This document shows positions 10,123 to 19,800 of a stretch of DNA of 57,376 nucleotides, in pieces. The position numbers and the translations under genes were made by a program. Below the pieces are notes generated by a model, which was given only the letters and a program-made list of their open reading frames with translations, was not told where the DNA came from and made no database searches. Origin of the DNA: Alistipes onderdonkii. GTDB taxonomy: Bacteria; Actinomycetota; Coriobacteriia; Coriobacteriales; UMGS124. Location: NCBI GenBank assembly GCA_963648855.1, contig CAVJGP010000003.1:1-57376 (forward strand), read 5' to 3'. Position 1 is the stretch's first letter, and each line of letters opens with the position of its first letter.

Positions 10123-10572
10123 ATGCAGCTTAACGATCTTTATCCTGCGCCTGGTTCGCGCAAGGACCGCAAGCGCGTCGGTCGCGGTAACTCCGGCTAC
10201 GGCGGAACCACGGCTGGCCGCGGCCAGAAGGGCCAGAAGTCTCGTTCCGGTGGCGGCAAGGGCCCCGGCTTCGAGGGTGGCCAGATGAAGCTTGCCATGC
10301 GTCTTCCTAAGCTCCCTGGCTTCAGGAACCCCACGCGTGTCGAGTACGCTCCTGTCAACCTGGCTCGTCTCGACGCTCTGTTCAACGATGGCGATGTCGT
10401 GGATAACGACGCCCTCGTTGCCAAGAACGTCATCAAGAAGAGCACGACGCTGGTGAAGGTTCTCGGCGATGGCGACATCACCAAGAAGCTTACCGTGAAG
10501 GTTGACAAGGTTTCCGCCTCCGCACAGGCCAAGATTGAGGCTGCAGGAGGGAAGGTAGAGCTTCCGTGCTAA
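10123..10572 (+). CDS. rplO: 50S ribosomal protein L15
   Basis: [23 protein letters not shown] is an L15 signature. Confidence 0.95.
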   Translation: MQLNDLYPAPGSRKDRKRVGRGNSGYGGTTAGRGQKGQKSRSGGGKGPGFEGGQMKLAMRLPKLPGFRNPTRVEYAPVNLARLDALFNDGDVVDNDALVAKNVIKKSTTLVKVLGDGDITKKLTVKVDKVSASAQAKIEAAGGKVELPC

Positions 10573-11855
10573 CTGCTATCCTCAACGCTTTCCGGGTACC
10601 TGAACTGAGGAAAAAGATTCTCTTCACTCTGGGAATCATTGTTTTGTACCGTATCGGTTCATACATTCCTCTTCCCGGCATTCCGTTTGGGGATTTGGTT
10701 AGCCAGTTTGAGGACGCAAACGGCGGCATGGCTAACACGATGGCCCTGCTTAACCTCTTTGCAGGTGGCGCGCTTTCGTACGTGTCGTTGTTCTCTCTGG
10801 GTATCATGCCTTACATCACCGCCTCCATTATCCTGCAGATGATGCAGGCGGTGATTCCTTCTCTTCGCGAGCTTGCGAAGGAGGGCGAGACTGGGCAGCG
10901 TAAGATTACCCAGTACACGCGTTATCTGACGATTGTTCTGTCGCTCGTCAATGCCATCGGCTACCTCTTGCTCTTCAAGAGTCCTTCCTATGGCATTAGT
11001 TTTGCCGGCATGGGTGTGCCTGAAGCACTCATGGACGTCATGATTGTGTTTGGTTTTGTTGTCGGCTCCGTTCTCATCATGTGGCTCGGTGAGCTCATCA
11101 CCCAGCACGGCGTGGGCAACGGTATGTCTCTCATCATCTTTGCAAACATCATGTCCCGTCTGCCTCAGGCCATTTTCTCCTCCGTTGAGTACAACTCCTA
11201 CGGTGAGCTGATTACGATTCTGGTAATCATCGTCATTCTCGTGGTCATCCCCCCGATTATCTTTATCGAGCGCGGACAGCGTAGGATTCCGATTCAGTAT
11301 GCCAAGCGCGTTGTTGGCAGGAGGATGATGGGTGGTCAGACCACGTACCTTCCCATCAAGGTGAACACTGCGGGCGTCATTCCGATCATCTTTGCGTCTT
11401 CTCTGCTTTACATTCCGGCTCAGCTTGCTGTCTTCTTCCCCAATGTGGAATGGATCCAGGTTTTCTCTAATGCTGTGTCGGCTGGTTGGCTTAACTGGCT
11501 GCTTTCTTTCGCACTGATCATCTTCTTCGCGTACTTCTACACGGCGATGGTGTTCAATCCGGAGGATACGGCTGACAACCTTCGCAAGCAGGGTGGCTTC
11601 ATTCCCGGGGTTCGTCCGGGTGCAGCTACGGCTCGTTACATCAAGGACGTGCTCAACCGCATCACGCTCCCTGGTGCCATCTTCATTGCTCTGATTGCCG
11701 TTGTCCCGAGCATTCTGTTCTACTTCACGGACAACACGCTTATTCAGGCCTTTGGCGGCACCTCGATTCTGATTATGGTTGGCGTTGCTCTTGATACAAT
11801 GAGCAAGGTTGAGAGCCAGCTTAAGATGCACGACTATGGCGGCTTCTTTAAGTAA
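10566..11855 (+). CDS. secY: Preprotein translocase subunit SecY
   Basis: 429-aa polytopic membrane protein; [27 protein letters not shown] is the SecY N-terminus. GTG start overlaps the rplO end. Confidence 0.95.
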   Translation: MLTAILNAFRVPELRKKILFTLGIIVLYRIGSYIPLPGIPFGDLVSQFEDANGGMANTMALLNLFAGGALSYVSLFSLGIMPYITASIILQMMQAVIPSLRELAKEGETGQRKITQYTRYLTIVLSLVNAIGYLLLFKSPSYGISFAGMGVPEALMDVMIVFGFVVGSVLIMWLGELITQHGVGNGMSLIIFANIMSRLPQAIFSSVEYNSYGELITILVIIVILVVIPPIIFIERGQRRIPIQYAKRVVGRRMMGGQTTYLPIKVNTAGVIPIIFASSLLYIPAQLAVFFPNVEWIQVFSNAVSAGWLNWLLSFALIIFFAYFYTAMVFNPEDTADNLRKQGGFIPGVRPGAATARYIKDVLNRITLPGAIFIALIAVVPSILFYFTDNTLIQAFGGTSILIMVGVALDTMSKVESQLKMHDYGGFFK

Positions 11856-11874
11856 GTCTCATATTCGTTCCCTT

Positions 11875-11903
11875 ATGGGCGGGCTTTGCCCGCCCATTTT
11901 TTT
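11875..11903 (+). terminator. Intrinsic terminator after secY
   Basis: atgggcgggc/gcccgcccat stem with a ttt loop, followed by a T7 run. Confidence 0.7.
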
Positions 11904-11919
11904 AGACAAGGAGGCTCAC

Positions 11920-12549
11920 GTGAATCTCGTTCTGCTCGGTGCTCCTGGCGCAGGTAAGGGCACGCAATCTCAGTTCATTATCGACGAGTTCGGTCTTCCC
12001 CACATCTCGACGGGCGACATCCTTCGTGCGGCTGTGAAGGAAGGCACGCGCCTGGGCCTCAAGGCCAAGGGCTATATGGAGTCTGGCGCTCTCGTGCCCG
12101 ACGAGCTCATCATCGACCTCATGCAGGAGCGTCTTGCTCAGCCGGATTGCCAGAAGGGTTTCATCCTCGACGGCTTCCCCCGCACCACCACGCAGGCCGC
12201 CGCTCTGGATACGGTGCTCTCTGCTGATGGCCGCCGTATCGACGCTGCCGTTGCCATCGAGGTTCCCGACGACGTTATCGTCGAGCGCCTTTCGTCTCGC
12301 CGCGTCTGCCGTGCATGCGGTTACACCGGCACTGCCGCCGATGCCGAGTGCCCCCAGTGCTCCGGCGAGATGTATCAGCGCTCGGATGACAACCCCGAGA
12401 CGATTCAGAACCGTCTCACCGTCTACCACAACTCCACCGCTCCGCTCATCAACTACTATGCCGGCGCTGGCGTTCTCGTGGAGATTGACGGCAACCGCCC
12501 GGTCGACGAGGTCTATGCTGACGTGAAGGCCGCTATCGTCAATGATTAA
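11920..12549 (+). CDS. adk: Adenylate kinase (Cys4 zinc lid)
   Basis: VNLVLLGAPGAGKGTQ P-loop, lid CRACG...CPQCSG, and GTG 11920 after an AAGGAGG RBS. Confidence 0.94.
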   Translation: MNLVLLGAPGAGKGTQSQFIIDEFGLPHISTGDILRAAVKEGTRLGLKAKGYMESGALVPDELIIDLMQERLAQPDCQKGFILDGFPRTTTQAAALDTVLSADGRRIDAAVAIEVPDDVIVERLSSRRVCRACGYTGTAADAECPQCSGEMYQRSDDNPETIQNRLTVYHNSTAPLINYYAGAGVLVEIDGNRPVDEVYADVKAAIVND

Positions 12550-13339
12550 GCTCAAGTCTGCTCAAGACATCGAGGGCATGAAGGTCTGCGGCGCCCTTTC
12601 CAAAGAGGCACTTCGTCTTACGGGTGAAATGGTCAAGCCCGGCGTATCTACGTGGGAGCTCGACAAGTTCTGCGAGGATTTCATTCGCATGCATGGGGGA
12701 GTGCCGGGGTTCAAGGGCTACGGTGGCTTTCCTGGATCGATTTGCGCCTCCATCAACGACGAGGTTGTCCACGGTATTCCTTCCAAAGATCGCATCCTGT
12801 GCGAGGGAGACATCATCTCCATCGACACGGGTGCTACCGTGAACGGCTGGGTGGGCGACAATGCCTGGACGTTTGCCGTGGGCCACATCTCCAATGAGCG
12901 CAAAGCCCTGCTTGAGGTGACTCGCGACTGCCTCGCTTTGGGAATCGAGCAGGCTGTGCCTGGCAATCGCCTTGGTGACATCGGCTATGCGATTCAGTCG
13001 CACGCCCAGAAGCATGGGTATGGCGTGATTCGCGAGTATGTTGGTCACGGCATTGGGCGCAAGATGCATGAGGAGCCCAACGTTCCCAACTATGGCAGGC
13101 GTGGCTTTGGCATCAAGCTTGAGGTTGGTATGTGCCTGGCGATTGAGCCGATGATTACCATGGGCCGTCGTCATGTCCATACGCTTGGGAACGACTGGAC
13201 TGTCGTCACCAATGATGGCAGCATGGCGGCTCACTTCGAGAACACCATCGCGATTACCAAGGACGGCCCGGTCATCACGACCGCAGAGTCCGGTTTTGAT
13301 CCGATGGATGTGGATTGCGGGCGCAACGCTTCTTGCTAA
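12542..13339 (+). CDS. map: Type I methionine aminopeptidase
   Basis: Position after adk; ...VHGIPS...DTGA...HGIG...EP.. metal-ligand motifs. ATG overlaps the adk stop. Confidence 0.93.
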   Translation: MIKLKSAQDIEGMKVCGALSKEALRLTGEMVKPGVSTWELDKFCEDFIRMHGGVPGFKGYGGFPGSICASINDEVVHGIPSKDRILCEGDIISIDTGATVNGWVGDNAWTFAVGHISNERKALLEVTRDCLALGIEQAVPGNRLGDIGYAIQSHAQKHGYGVIREYVGHGIGRKMHEEPNVPNYGRRGFGIKLEVGMCLAIEPMITMGRRHVHTLGNDWTVVTNDGSMAAHFENTIAITKDGPVITTAESGFDPMDVDCGRNASC

Positions 13340-13458
13340 GAAGGCGCGCCCATGTCGTACATGTCTCTAACGTCGGATGTTTTGTGAATCACTACAACAG
13401 CCGGCGCTAGTGGTGTATGATGCACTGTCGTATGCGGTTCGAGTGAAAGTGGAGTAAC

Positions 13459-13680
13459 GTGAGCAAGCGCGAAGATGCAATCGAGCTTGAGGGGACGGTC
13501 GTTGAGCCTCTCCCTAACGCTATGTTCAAGGTGGAGCTTGAGAACGGTCACACCGTTTTGGCTCACATCTCCGGCAAGATACGTATGCACTACATCCGTA
13601 TCCTTCCCGGTGACCGAGTTGTTATCGAGCTTTCTCCGTACGACCTGACGCGCGGCCGTATCACTTATCGTTATAAGTAA
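13459..13680 (+). CDS. infA: Translation initiation factor IF-1
   Basis: [30 protein letters not shown]...RITYRYK is the IF-1 signature, with a GTG start. Confidence 0.96.
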   Translation: MSKREDAIELEGTVVEPLPNAMFKVELENGHTVLAHISGKIRMHYIRILPGDRVVIELSPYDLTRGRITYRYK

Positions 13681-13828
13681 TCGCTTTCTCGATTACCCTT
13701 TGCTTTAACTTGCTTCCGACGGGTGGTATTTAGACCACGCAGGAGGTAAGGGTTCGTATGCGTTTCGGCACCAACGTCTGCGGCTGGACGAAGATATAGT
13801 GTGTTGGTTCAACCGAAAGGAAAAGGCA

Positions 13829-13942
13829 ATGAAGGTACGCCCTTCGGTCAAGAAGATTTGCGACAAGTGCAAGATTGTCCGTCGCCACGGCAAGATTCTT
13901 GTTGTGTGTGAAAACCCGCGCCACAAGCAGCGTCAAGGTTAA
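13829..13942 (+). CDS. rpmJ: 50S ribosomal protein L36 (not in ORF track, 37 aa)
   Basis: My translation of 13829-13942 gives [37 protein letters not shown], the L36 Cys3His form, after a GAAAGGAAAAGG RBS. Confidence 0.93.
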   Translation: MKVRPSVKKICDKCKIVRRHGKILVVCENPRHKQRQG

Positions 13943-13956
13943 GAGAGGAGAGAGCG

Positions 13957-14328
13957 TTGGCCCGTATCTTTGGCGTCGACCTCCCGCGCGAGAAGCGTGT
14001 TGAGATTGGCCTTACCTACATCTACGGCATTGGCCGTACCACCGCCACCAAGCTTTGCGCTGAGACTGGCGTAGATCCCTCTACTCGTGTCAAGGACCTG
14101 ACCGAGGACGAGGTTACGAAGCTCCGCGATGCCATCGACGGCAAGTACCTCGTCGAGGGCGACCTTCGTCGTGAGACTTCCCAGAACATCAAGCGCCTTA
14201 TGGACATCGGCTGCTACCGTGGCCTGCGTCACCGTAAGGGTCTGCCTGTCCGTGGTCAGCGCACCCACACCAACGCTCGTACCCGCAAGGGTCCCCGTCG
14301 TCAAATCGGTGCGAAGAAGAGGGGCTAA
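13957..14328 (+). CDS. rpsM: 30S ribosomal protein S13
   Basis: [25 protein letters not shown] is an S13 signature. TTG start follows GAGAGGAG. Confidence 0.95.
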   Translation: MARIFGVDLPREKRVEIGLTYIYGIGRTTATKLCAETGVDPSTRVKDLTEDEVTKLRDAIDGKYLVEGDLRRETSQNIKRLMDIGCYRGLRHRKGLPVRGQRTHTNARTRKGPRRQIGAKKRG

Positions 14329-14334
14329 GCTACA

Positions 14335-14736
14335 ATGGCAACCAACAAGAAGGCTGTTAAGACTCGCGTGAGGCGCGCCGATCGTAAGAACATCGCTGTC
14401 GGCCAGGCTCACATCAAGAGCTCGTTCAACAACACCATCGTTTCCATCACCGACCCCCAGGGCAACGTCATCGCTTGGCAGTCCGCTGGCACCGTCGGTT
14501 TCAAGGGTTCGCGCAAGTCCACTCCCTTTGCTGCCCAGATGGCTGCTGAGGCTTGCGCCAAGGCTGCCCAGGATCACGGCATGCGCAAGGTCGCCGTTTT
14601 CGTCAAGGGCCCGGGCTCTGGTCGTGAGACCGCCATTCGTTCCCTGCAGGCTGCCGGCCTGGAGGTCACGAGCATTCAGGACAAGACTCCCACTCCGCAC
14701 AACGGTTGCCGTCCGCGCAAGCGTCGTCGCGTGTAA
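14335..14736 (+). CDS. rpsK: 30S ribosomal protein S11
   Basis: [22 protein letters not shown]...[16 protein letters not shown] is an S11 signature. Confidence 0.96.
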   Translation: MATNKKAVKTRVRRADRKNIAVGQAHIKSSFNNTIVSITDPQGNVIAWQSAGTVGFKGSRKSTPFAAQMAAEACAKAAQDHGMRKVAVFVKGPGSGRETAIRSLQAAGLEVTSIQDKTPTPHNGCRPRKRRRV

Positions 14737-14755
14737 GTAAGGAAGGATCACTAAT

Positions 14756-15352
14756 ATGGCAGTGGATAGGACCCCTGTACTCAAGAGGTGCAGGTCCCTG
14801 GGTATCGATCCCATCGTCATGGGTTATACCAAGGAGTCCAAGCGCAACCCCCAGAAGCGTCGTCGTCGCCAGGAGAGCGAGTACGGCGTGCAGCTGCGCG
14901 AGAAGCAGAAGGCCAAGTTCATCTACGGCGTTCTGGAGAAGCAGTTCCACATGTACTATGAGAAGGCTCGCCGCATGAACGGCGTCACCGGCAGCAACCT
15001 GATGTCGCTGCTCGAGACCCGTCTGGACAGCGTTGTCTTCCGTCTCGGCTTTGCCCGCACCCGCAAGGAGGCTCGCCAGACCGTGAGCCACGGCCACATC
15101 TGCGTCAACGGCCGTCGCGTCGACATCGCTTCCTTCCACGTGAAGCCCGGCGACGTCGTGTCTGTTGCCCCCAAGGCCAAGGACATGCTGGTCATCAAGA
15201 GCGCCATCGTGTCCGCCGAGAACCGTCAGGTTCCCAGCTGGCTCGAGGTTGACATCGAGAAGCTTCAGGGCACCGTCCTGAACGTTCCTTCCCGCGATCA
15301 GATTGACATGGACATCCAGGAGCAGCTCATCGTCGAGCTTTACTCGAAGTAA
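14756..15352 (+). CDS. rpsD: 30S ribosomal protein S4
   Basis: 198 aa, with the S4 domain LLETRLDSVVFRLGFARTRKEARQTVSHGHI. Confidence 0.95.
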   Translation: MAVDRTPVLKRCRSLGIDPIVMGYTKESKRNPQKRRRRQESEYGVQLREKQKAKFIYGVLEKQFHMYYEKARRMNGVTGSNLMSLLETRLDSVVFRLGFARTRKEARQTVSHGHICVNGRRVDIASFHVKPGDVVSVAPKAKDMLVIKSAIVSAENRQVPSWLEVDIEKLQGTVLNVPSRDQIDMDIQEQLIVELYSK

Positions 15353-15381
15353 TTTTCGGCTTACGAGTCTGGAGGTACTAC

Positions 15382-16323
15382 ATGTCAGAGTTCATCAAGC
15401 CTGAGGTTACTGTTGAGGGCATCAACGAAACCGTCACCCGTTTTACGGTTGAGCCGCTTGAGCGCGGTTTCGGCGATACGCTCGGCAATTCGATGCGCCG
15501 AGTTCTCCTGTCCTCTCTTGACGGTGCCGCTGTCGAGGCTATTCACATCGAAGGCGTGCAGCACGAGTTCCAGTCCCTGGCCGGAGTTCGCGAGGACGTT
15601 ACGGACATTGTCCTGAACGTCAAGGGGCTGGTCTTCAGCTCCAACAACATTGGCGACGAGGCAACTGCCACGGTCGACATCGACGGCCCGGCAGTGGTGA
15701 CCGGTGGGGACTTTTTCGTCCCCGCCGAGTTCGATCTCGTCAATCCCGACCACGTGATTGCCACCCTCGAGGACGGCGTTCACTTCACGATGTCCATGCG
15801 CATCGGGTGCGGTCGCGGTTACGCCAGCGGTGAGACCAATGCTCGCGTGGACGATTCCATCGGTATCATCCACGTCGACAGCCTGTACTCGCCGGTTCGT
15901 CGTTGCACGAAGTTCGTTGAGTCTTGCCGCGTTGGTCAGCGCACCGACTATGACAGGCTCGTGCTTGAGGTTGAGACCAACGGGGCGCTCACGCCCACCG
16001 AGGCTGTTGTTCAGGCTGCGAACATCGTCAACCAGCATGTCAATGCTTTCCTCACGCTCAACACTGAGGCGAGCACTCCTGAGGAGACCTCCATCTTCGC
16101 CCAGGAGGAGGTTGCCGACAACGTTGAGCTCGACAAGCGTATCGATGACCTTGATTTGTCTGTCCGTTCGTTCAACTGCCTGAAGCGCGCCGGCATTCAC
16201 TCCGTGCGTCAGCTTCTGGATTTCAGCGAGAACGACCTTCTTAACATTCGCAACTTCGGCGTCAAATCCATTGAGGAAGTCAAGGACAAGCTTGACTCCA
16301 TGGGTATGAGCCTGAAGCAGTAG
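15382..16323 (+). CDS. rpoA: DNA-directed RNA polymerase subunit alpha
   Basis: FTVEPLERGFGDTLGNSMRRVLLSS plus the C-terminal domain LSVRSFNCLKRAGIHSVRQL. Confidence 0.97.
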   Translation: MSEFIKPEVTVEGINETVTRFTVEPLERGFGDTLGNSMRRVLLSSLDGAAVEAIHIEGVQHEFQSLAGVREDVTDIVLNVKGLVFSSNNIGDEATATVDIDGPAVVTGGDFFVPAEFDLVNPDHVIATLEDGVHFTMSMRIGCGRGYASGETNARVDDSIGIIHVDSLYSPVRRCTKFVESCRVGQRTDYDRLVLEVETNGALTPTEAVVQAANIVNQHVNAFLTLNTEASTPEETSIFAQEEVADNVELDKRIDDLDLSVRSFNCLKRAGIHSVRQLLDFSENDLLNIRNFGVKSIEEVKDKLDSMGMSLKQ

Positions 16324-16341
16324 GATCGGGAGATCACAAGC

Positions 16342-16803
16342 ATGAGGCACAACAAGAAGCATGGGCAGAAGCTGGGAACTGATGCTTCCCACACCAAGGC
16401 TATGAAGCGTAGCCTGGTTTGCTCCCTCTTCATCAACGATCGCATCAAGACCACTGAGACCCGCGCTAAGGCCATCCGTGGCGACGTGGATCGCATCATC
16501 ACTTGGGCCAAGCGCGGCGACCTGCACAGCCGTCGTCTGGCCATCGCCAAGCTGAACGACAAGGAGATCGTGCGCGAGGTCTTCGACAAGGTTCAGCAGG
16601 GCATGTGGGCCGACCGCACCTGCGGTTTCTCCCGCATCATCAAGCTTGGGCCCCGTAAGGGCGACAACGCTCCTATGGTCATCATCGAGCTCGTGACCGA
16701 GCCTTGTACGCCCAAGAAGAAGGCTGCTGCCGTTGAGGTTGCCCCCGTGGCTACCGAGCAGGCTGCTCCCGTTGAGGAGACCGCCGAGGCCAAGGCTGAG
16801 TAA
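16342..16803 (+). CDS. rplQ: 50S ribosomal protein L17 (Ala/Glu-rich C-terminal tail)
   Basis: MRHNKKHGQKLGTDASHTKAM... is an L17 signature. Confidence 0.95.
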   Translation: MRHNKKHGQKLGTDASHTKAMKRSLVCSLFINDRIKTTETRAKAIRGDVDRIITWAKRGDLHSRRLAIAKLNDKEIVREVFDKVQQGMWADRTCGFSRIIKLGPRKGDNAPMVIIELVTEPCTPKKKAAAVEVAPVATEQAAPVEETAEAKAE

Positions 16804-16826
16804 GCCCAATCTGAGCATTCTTTGCT

Positions 16827-16856
16827 AAAAGGAGGTCCTTCGGGGCCTCCTTTTTT
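16827..16856 (+). terminator. Intrinsic terminator after rplQ
   Basis: aaaaggaggtcc ttcg gggcctcc stem-loop followed by a T6 run. Confidence 0.7.
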
Positions 16857-16871
16857 GTTTGAGAGGTATGC

Positions 16872-19800
16872 ATGTCGCTTCGCGTCTCCCATCTGTCTAC
16901 ATCGAAGGCCACTCTGGGTGCGGCGGGCACATCGCCGTCGGGCAACGGCGGCGCATTCGCCCTGCAGGATATAGATTTCACCTTGAAGCCGGGGGAGCGT
17001 CTTGCGGTGGTGGGATCCAACGGTTCGGGCAAGTCCACGCTGCTGAGGGCCCTGCTTGGCCTGGTTGACCTCCAGGGCGGTACGGTCGTGTTTGATGATG
17101 GGCGCGGCGCGAGGGGAGATGTAAGCGCGGCCGGCAAGGCGGAGGGGTCTGTCGCCCGGGATGGCATGCATGGGGCCGATTCCTCCGTGCCCAAGAATGG
17201 GGGACAGGGGCACTCATCGCCAGGCTATACGCTGCAGCCGACGTCCGTGCGTGCTGATTCGGGGCAGGGGCACCCATCGCGAAGCTGTATGTCGCGGCCG
17301 ACGTCCGTTTCTGCGAATTCCGGGCAGGGGAGGTGCGAGCACCTTGCGGACTTTGCCTATGTGCCGCAAGACCCTGAAGCCGGCTTCGTGTGTACGTCCG
17401 TGTTTGACGAGGTCGCCTTCGGCTTGTGCAACCTTGGTCTTCCGCCTCAGCAGATTGAGGCTCGCGTTCTGGACGCTTTGCAAGACTGCGGCATAGAGGC
17501 GCTTTCTGGCAAGAACGTCTCGCAACTGTCGGGCGGACAAAAGCAATTGACGAGCATCGCAAGCGCCTTGGCCTTGAGGCCGCGCGTGCTGTTGCTCGAC
17601 GAGCCCTTCTGCATGCTGGACGACCGGTCGGTAAGGGCCGTCAAGGCAGCGCTGCGTGCGGGTGAGGCCGACATGAGCGTTATCGAGGTGACGCACAACC
17701 TTGGGGACGTTCTTGAGTTTGACAGGCTCGTGGCGATGCGCCAGGGCGAGATAGCTTGGCGGGGTATGCCCGCAACATTCGTGAGTGATTCTGCGCTCGT
17801 GCGCTCTTTTGGCGTGCGCGGTAGTTGCGGTGAAAGCTCTGTGTCCTTGACGGACGTGCGTGGTGCTGACTATACGCCGCCACCTGCGCCCGAAGCTGGT
17901 ACGGGCTTGTTGCTCTGCGATTGCTCCTATGCATACGATGGCCAAGAAGAGGGCCTGCGAGGTGTCTCGCTGCGCGTCAATCAGGGCGAGCTTGTGGCCC
18001 TTGTGGGAGATTCGGGCTCGGGCAAGACCACGTGTGCGTGCCTTGCGGCGGGGTTGCTCAAGCCCCAGTCGGGGGTCGTAGTGTGCAATGGCAAGAACGT
18101 GTGCCCCGGCGATGTGGGCATAGCTTTTCAGCGTGTCCAAGACCAGCTGTTCCGGCCGACGGTTCTCGACGACGTTATGTTCGGCCCCTTGCGAAAGGGC
18201 CGTGACGTGCAGGATGCCCGGGCAAAGGCACAGACGGCCCTGACGGCTGTGGGTTTGGACCCGACGGTGTTCGGGCAGCTCAACCCGCATTTGCTTTCGG
18301 GGGGAGAGAAGCGCAGAGTCGCGCTCGCCGGCGTGCTTGCCATGGACACGGCTTTTGTGATCCTCGACGAGCCGACGCTGGGCCTGGACACGGCCGGCAT
18401 GGAGTGCCTGCTCGCCACGGTACGCACCCTGCTCGACCAGGGCAGGGGAATACTCGTCATCACGCATGAGCCGCAGGCTTTCACGGGACTCATGACGAGG
18501 GCTTACAGGCTTGAAAAGGGCAAGGCGGCTTGCATCGAGGTGAGTCTTGATGCTTACTCTGATCCCGAAGCCCAGGCAGCTTCGGGTTCGGTTCGCTGTG
18601 CTGCAGACGAACTGGGCGTACTAGGAAACGCGATGGGGAAGATACCTCACACCGGGGGTGACGGCAGCTTAACCTGCAATGCAGGCAAACGTCGACCCGA
18701 AGGCGATTGCAAACCCCCCGGCGGCGATGATGGCGAAGCCGGTCAGCTTCGGCCTGAAAGCGTTCGCAAACATCCCGGCGGTAATGATAGCGAAGCCGGT
18801 TGGCCTCGGTCCGAAAGCGCCTGCAAGAGCCTCGGCGGCGATGACGGCGAGGTCGCTCCGCGCCAGTCCGAGAGCGGTTGCAAGCACTCCGGGGGCAATC
18901 ACGGTAAGGTTGCCCCGCTTCGACCCGAAGGTGACCGCAAGGATTACGGCGTCGATCACGGTGATGTCGCCTCTTTGGATGCTGCCCCTCGCGTTGACGG
19001 CCGTTGCCCTCAGTCGCCAAAGGGGCATGGTGCCGTTTGCCCCAAGTTGCCAGGGGAGCCCAGCTCCGTCTGCCCCAAGCGCTCAAAGGGCCGCGGCACC
19101 GTCGATCCCAAGTCGCCTCACACCTCGTCCGCGCGAAGCGCCGCCCCCGCAGGCTCCTCGTTGAACCCAATCGCCTGGTTGTTGGCCTGTGCCGTCTGCT
19201 CGGTGTGCGTTCTGGGAATCGATGCGCCCCTTGCCGTCGCGGTCGCCTGGGCGGTCGCCTTGGGCGTTTTCGGCCATGTGGGCGGGTCGTTCCGCCGCCT
19301 CGGGAAGGCGATTGGCGCCCTGGGCTTGATGTACGCGCTTGTCATCGTCAGCGCCGCCCTGGTGTTCGACGGCAGCGCCGACCTCGCCCTCGTCGGCACT
19401 GTCGGCCTCACATGGGCGGGTGCTGCAAGGGGAGCGCTCACGGTCGCACGCCTCATGCTCCTTGTGGTCATCTCGCTCGCGCTCGTGCATGCATGCAGCT
19501 CAGAGGAGCTCATGGACGCGCTTGGGGCGATTCTGGCCCCCTTGCGCCGAGTCGGCCTGCCGGTCGCAGACGTTTGCGTGATGTTGTCGCTGGCCTTGCG
19601 CTGCATCCCCTTGACGGCCGAGCAGGTTGCTTCTATCGCGCGGGCCCAAAACGCGCGCGGGGCACAGGTGGGTCTGTCGGGCAACCCTGTTCGTAAGGTT
19701 CTTTCCTATGTGCCCCTCCTTGCGCCTGCATGCATTGCCATGTTTCGCTATGCTGAAGACTTTGCAGTGGCGCTGCAGGCCAAGGGTTTTACGGGCACTT

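Noticed and set aside
13340-13458. tRNA-like GGTTCGAGT motif (13434-42) upstream of infA
   Set aside because: There is no complementary T-stem, acceptor stem or anticodon arm around it, so it is not a tRNA.
15385-16818. 477-aa minus-strand ORF opposite rpoA/rplQ, with similar long antisense ORFs at 30509..32137, 20761..22095, 46950..49280, 35494..37017, 33946..35193, 17214..18467 and 19500..20726
   Set aside because: All lie antisense to, or out of frame with, confidently identified genes. They are treated as GC-driven artefacts.
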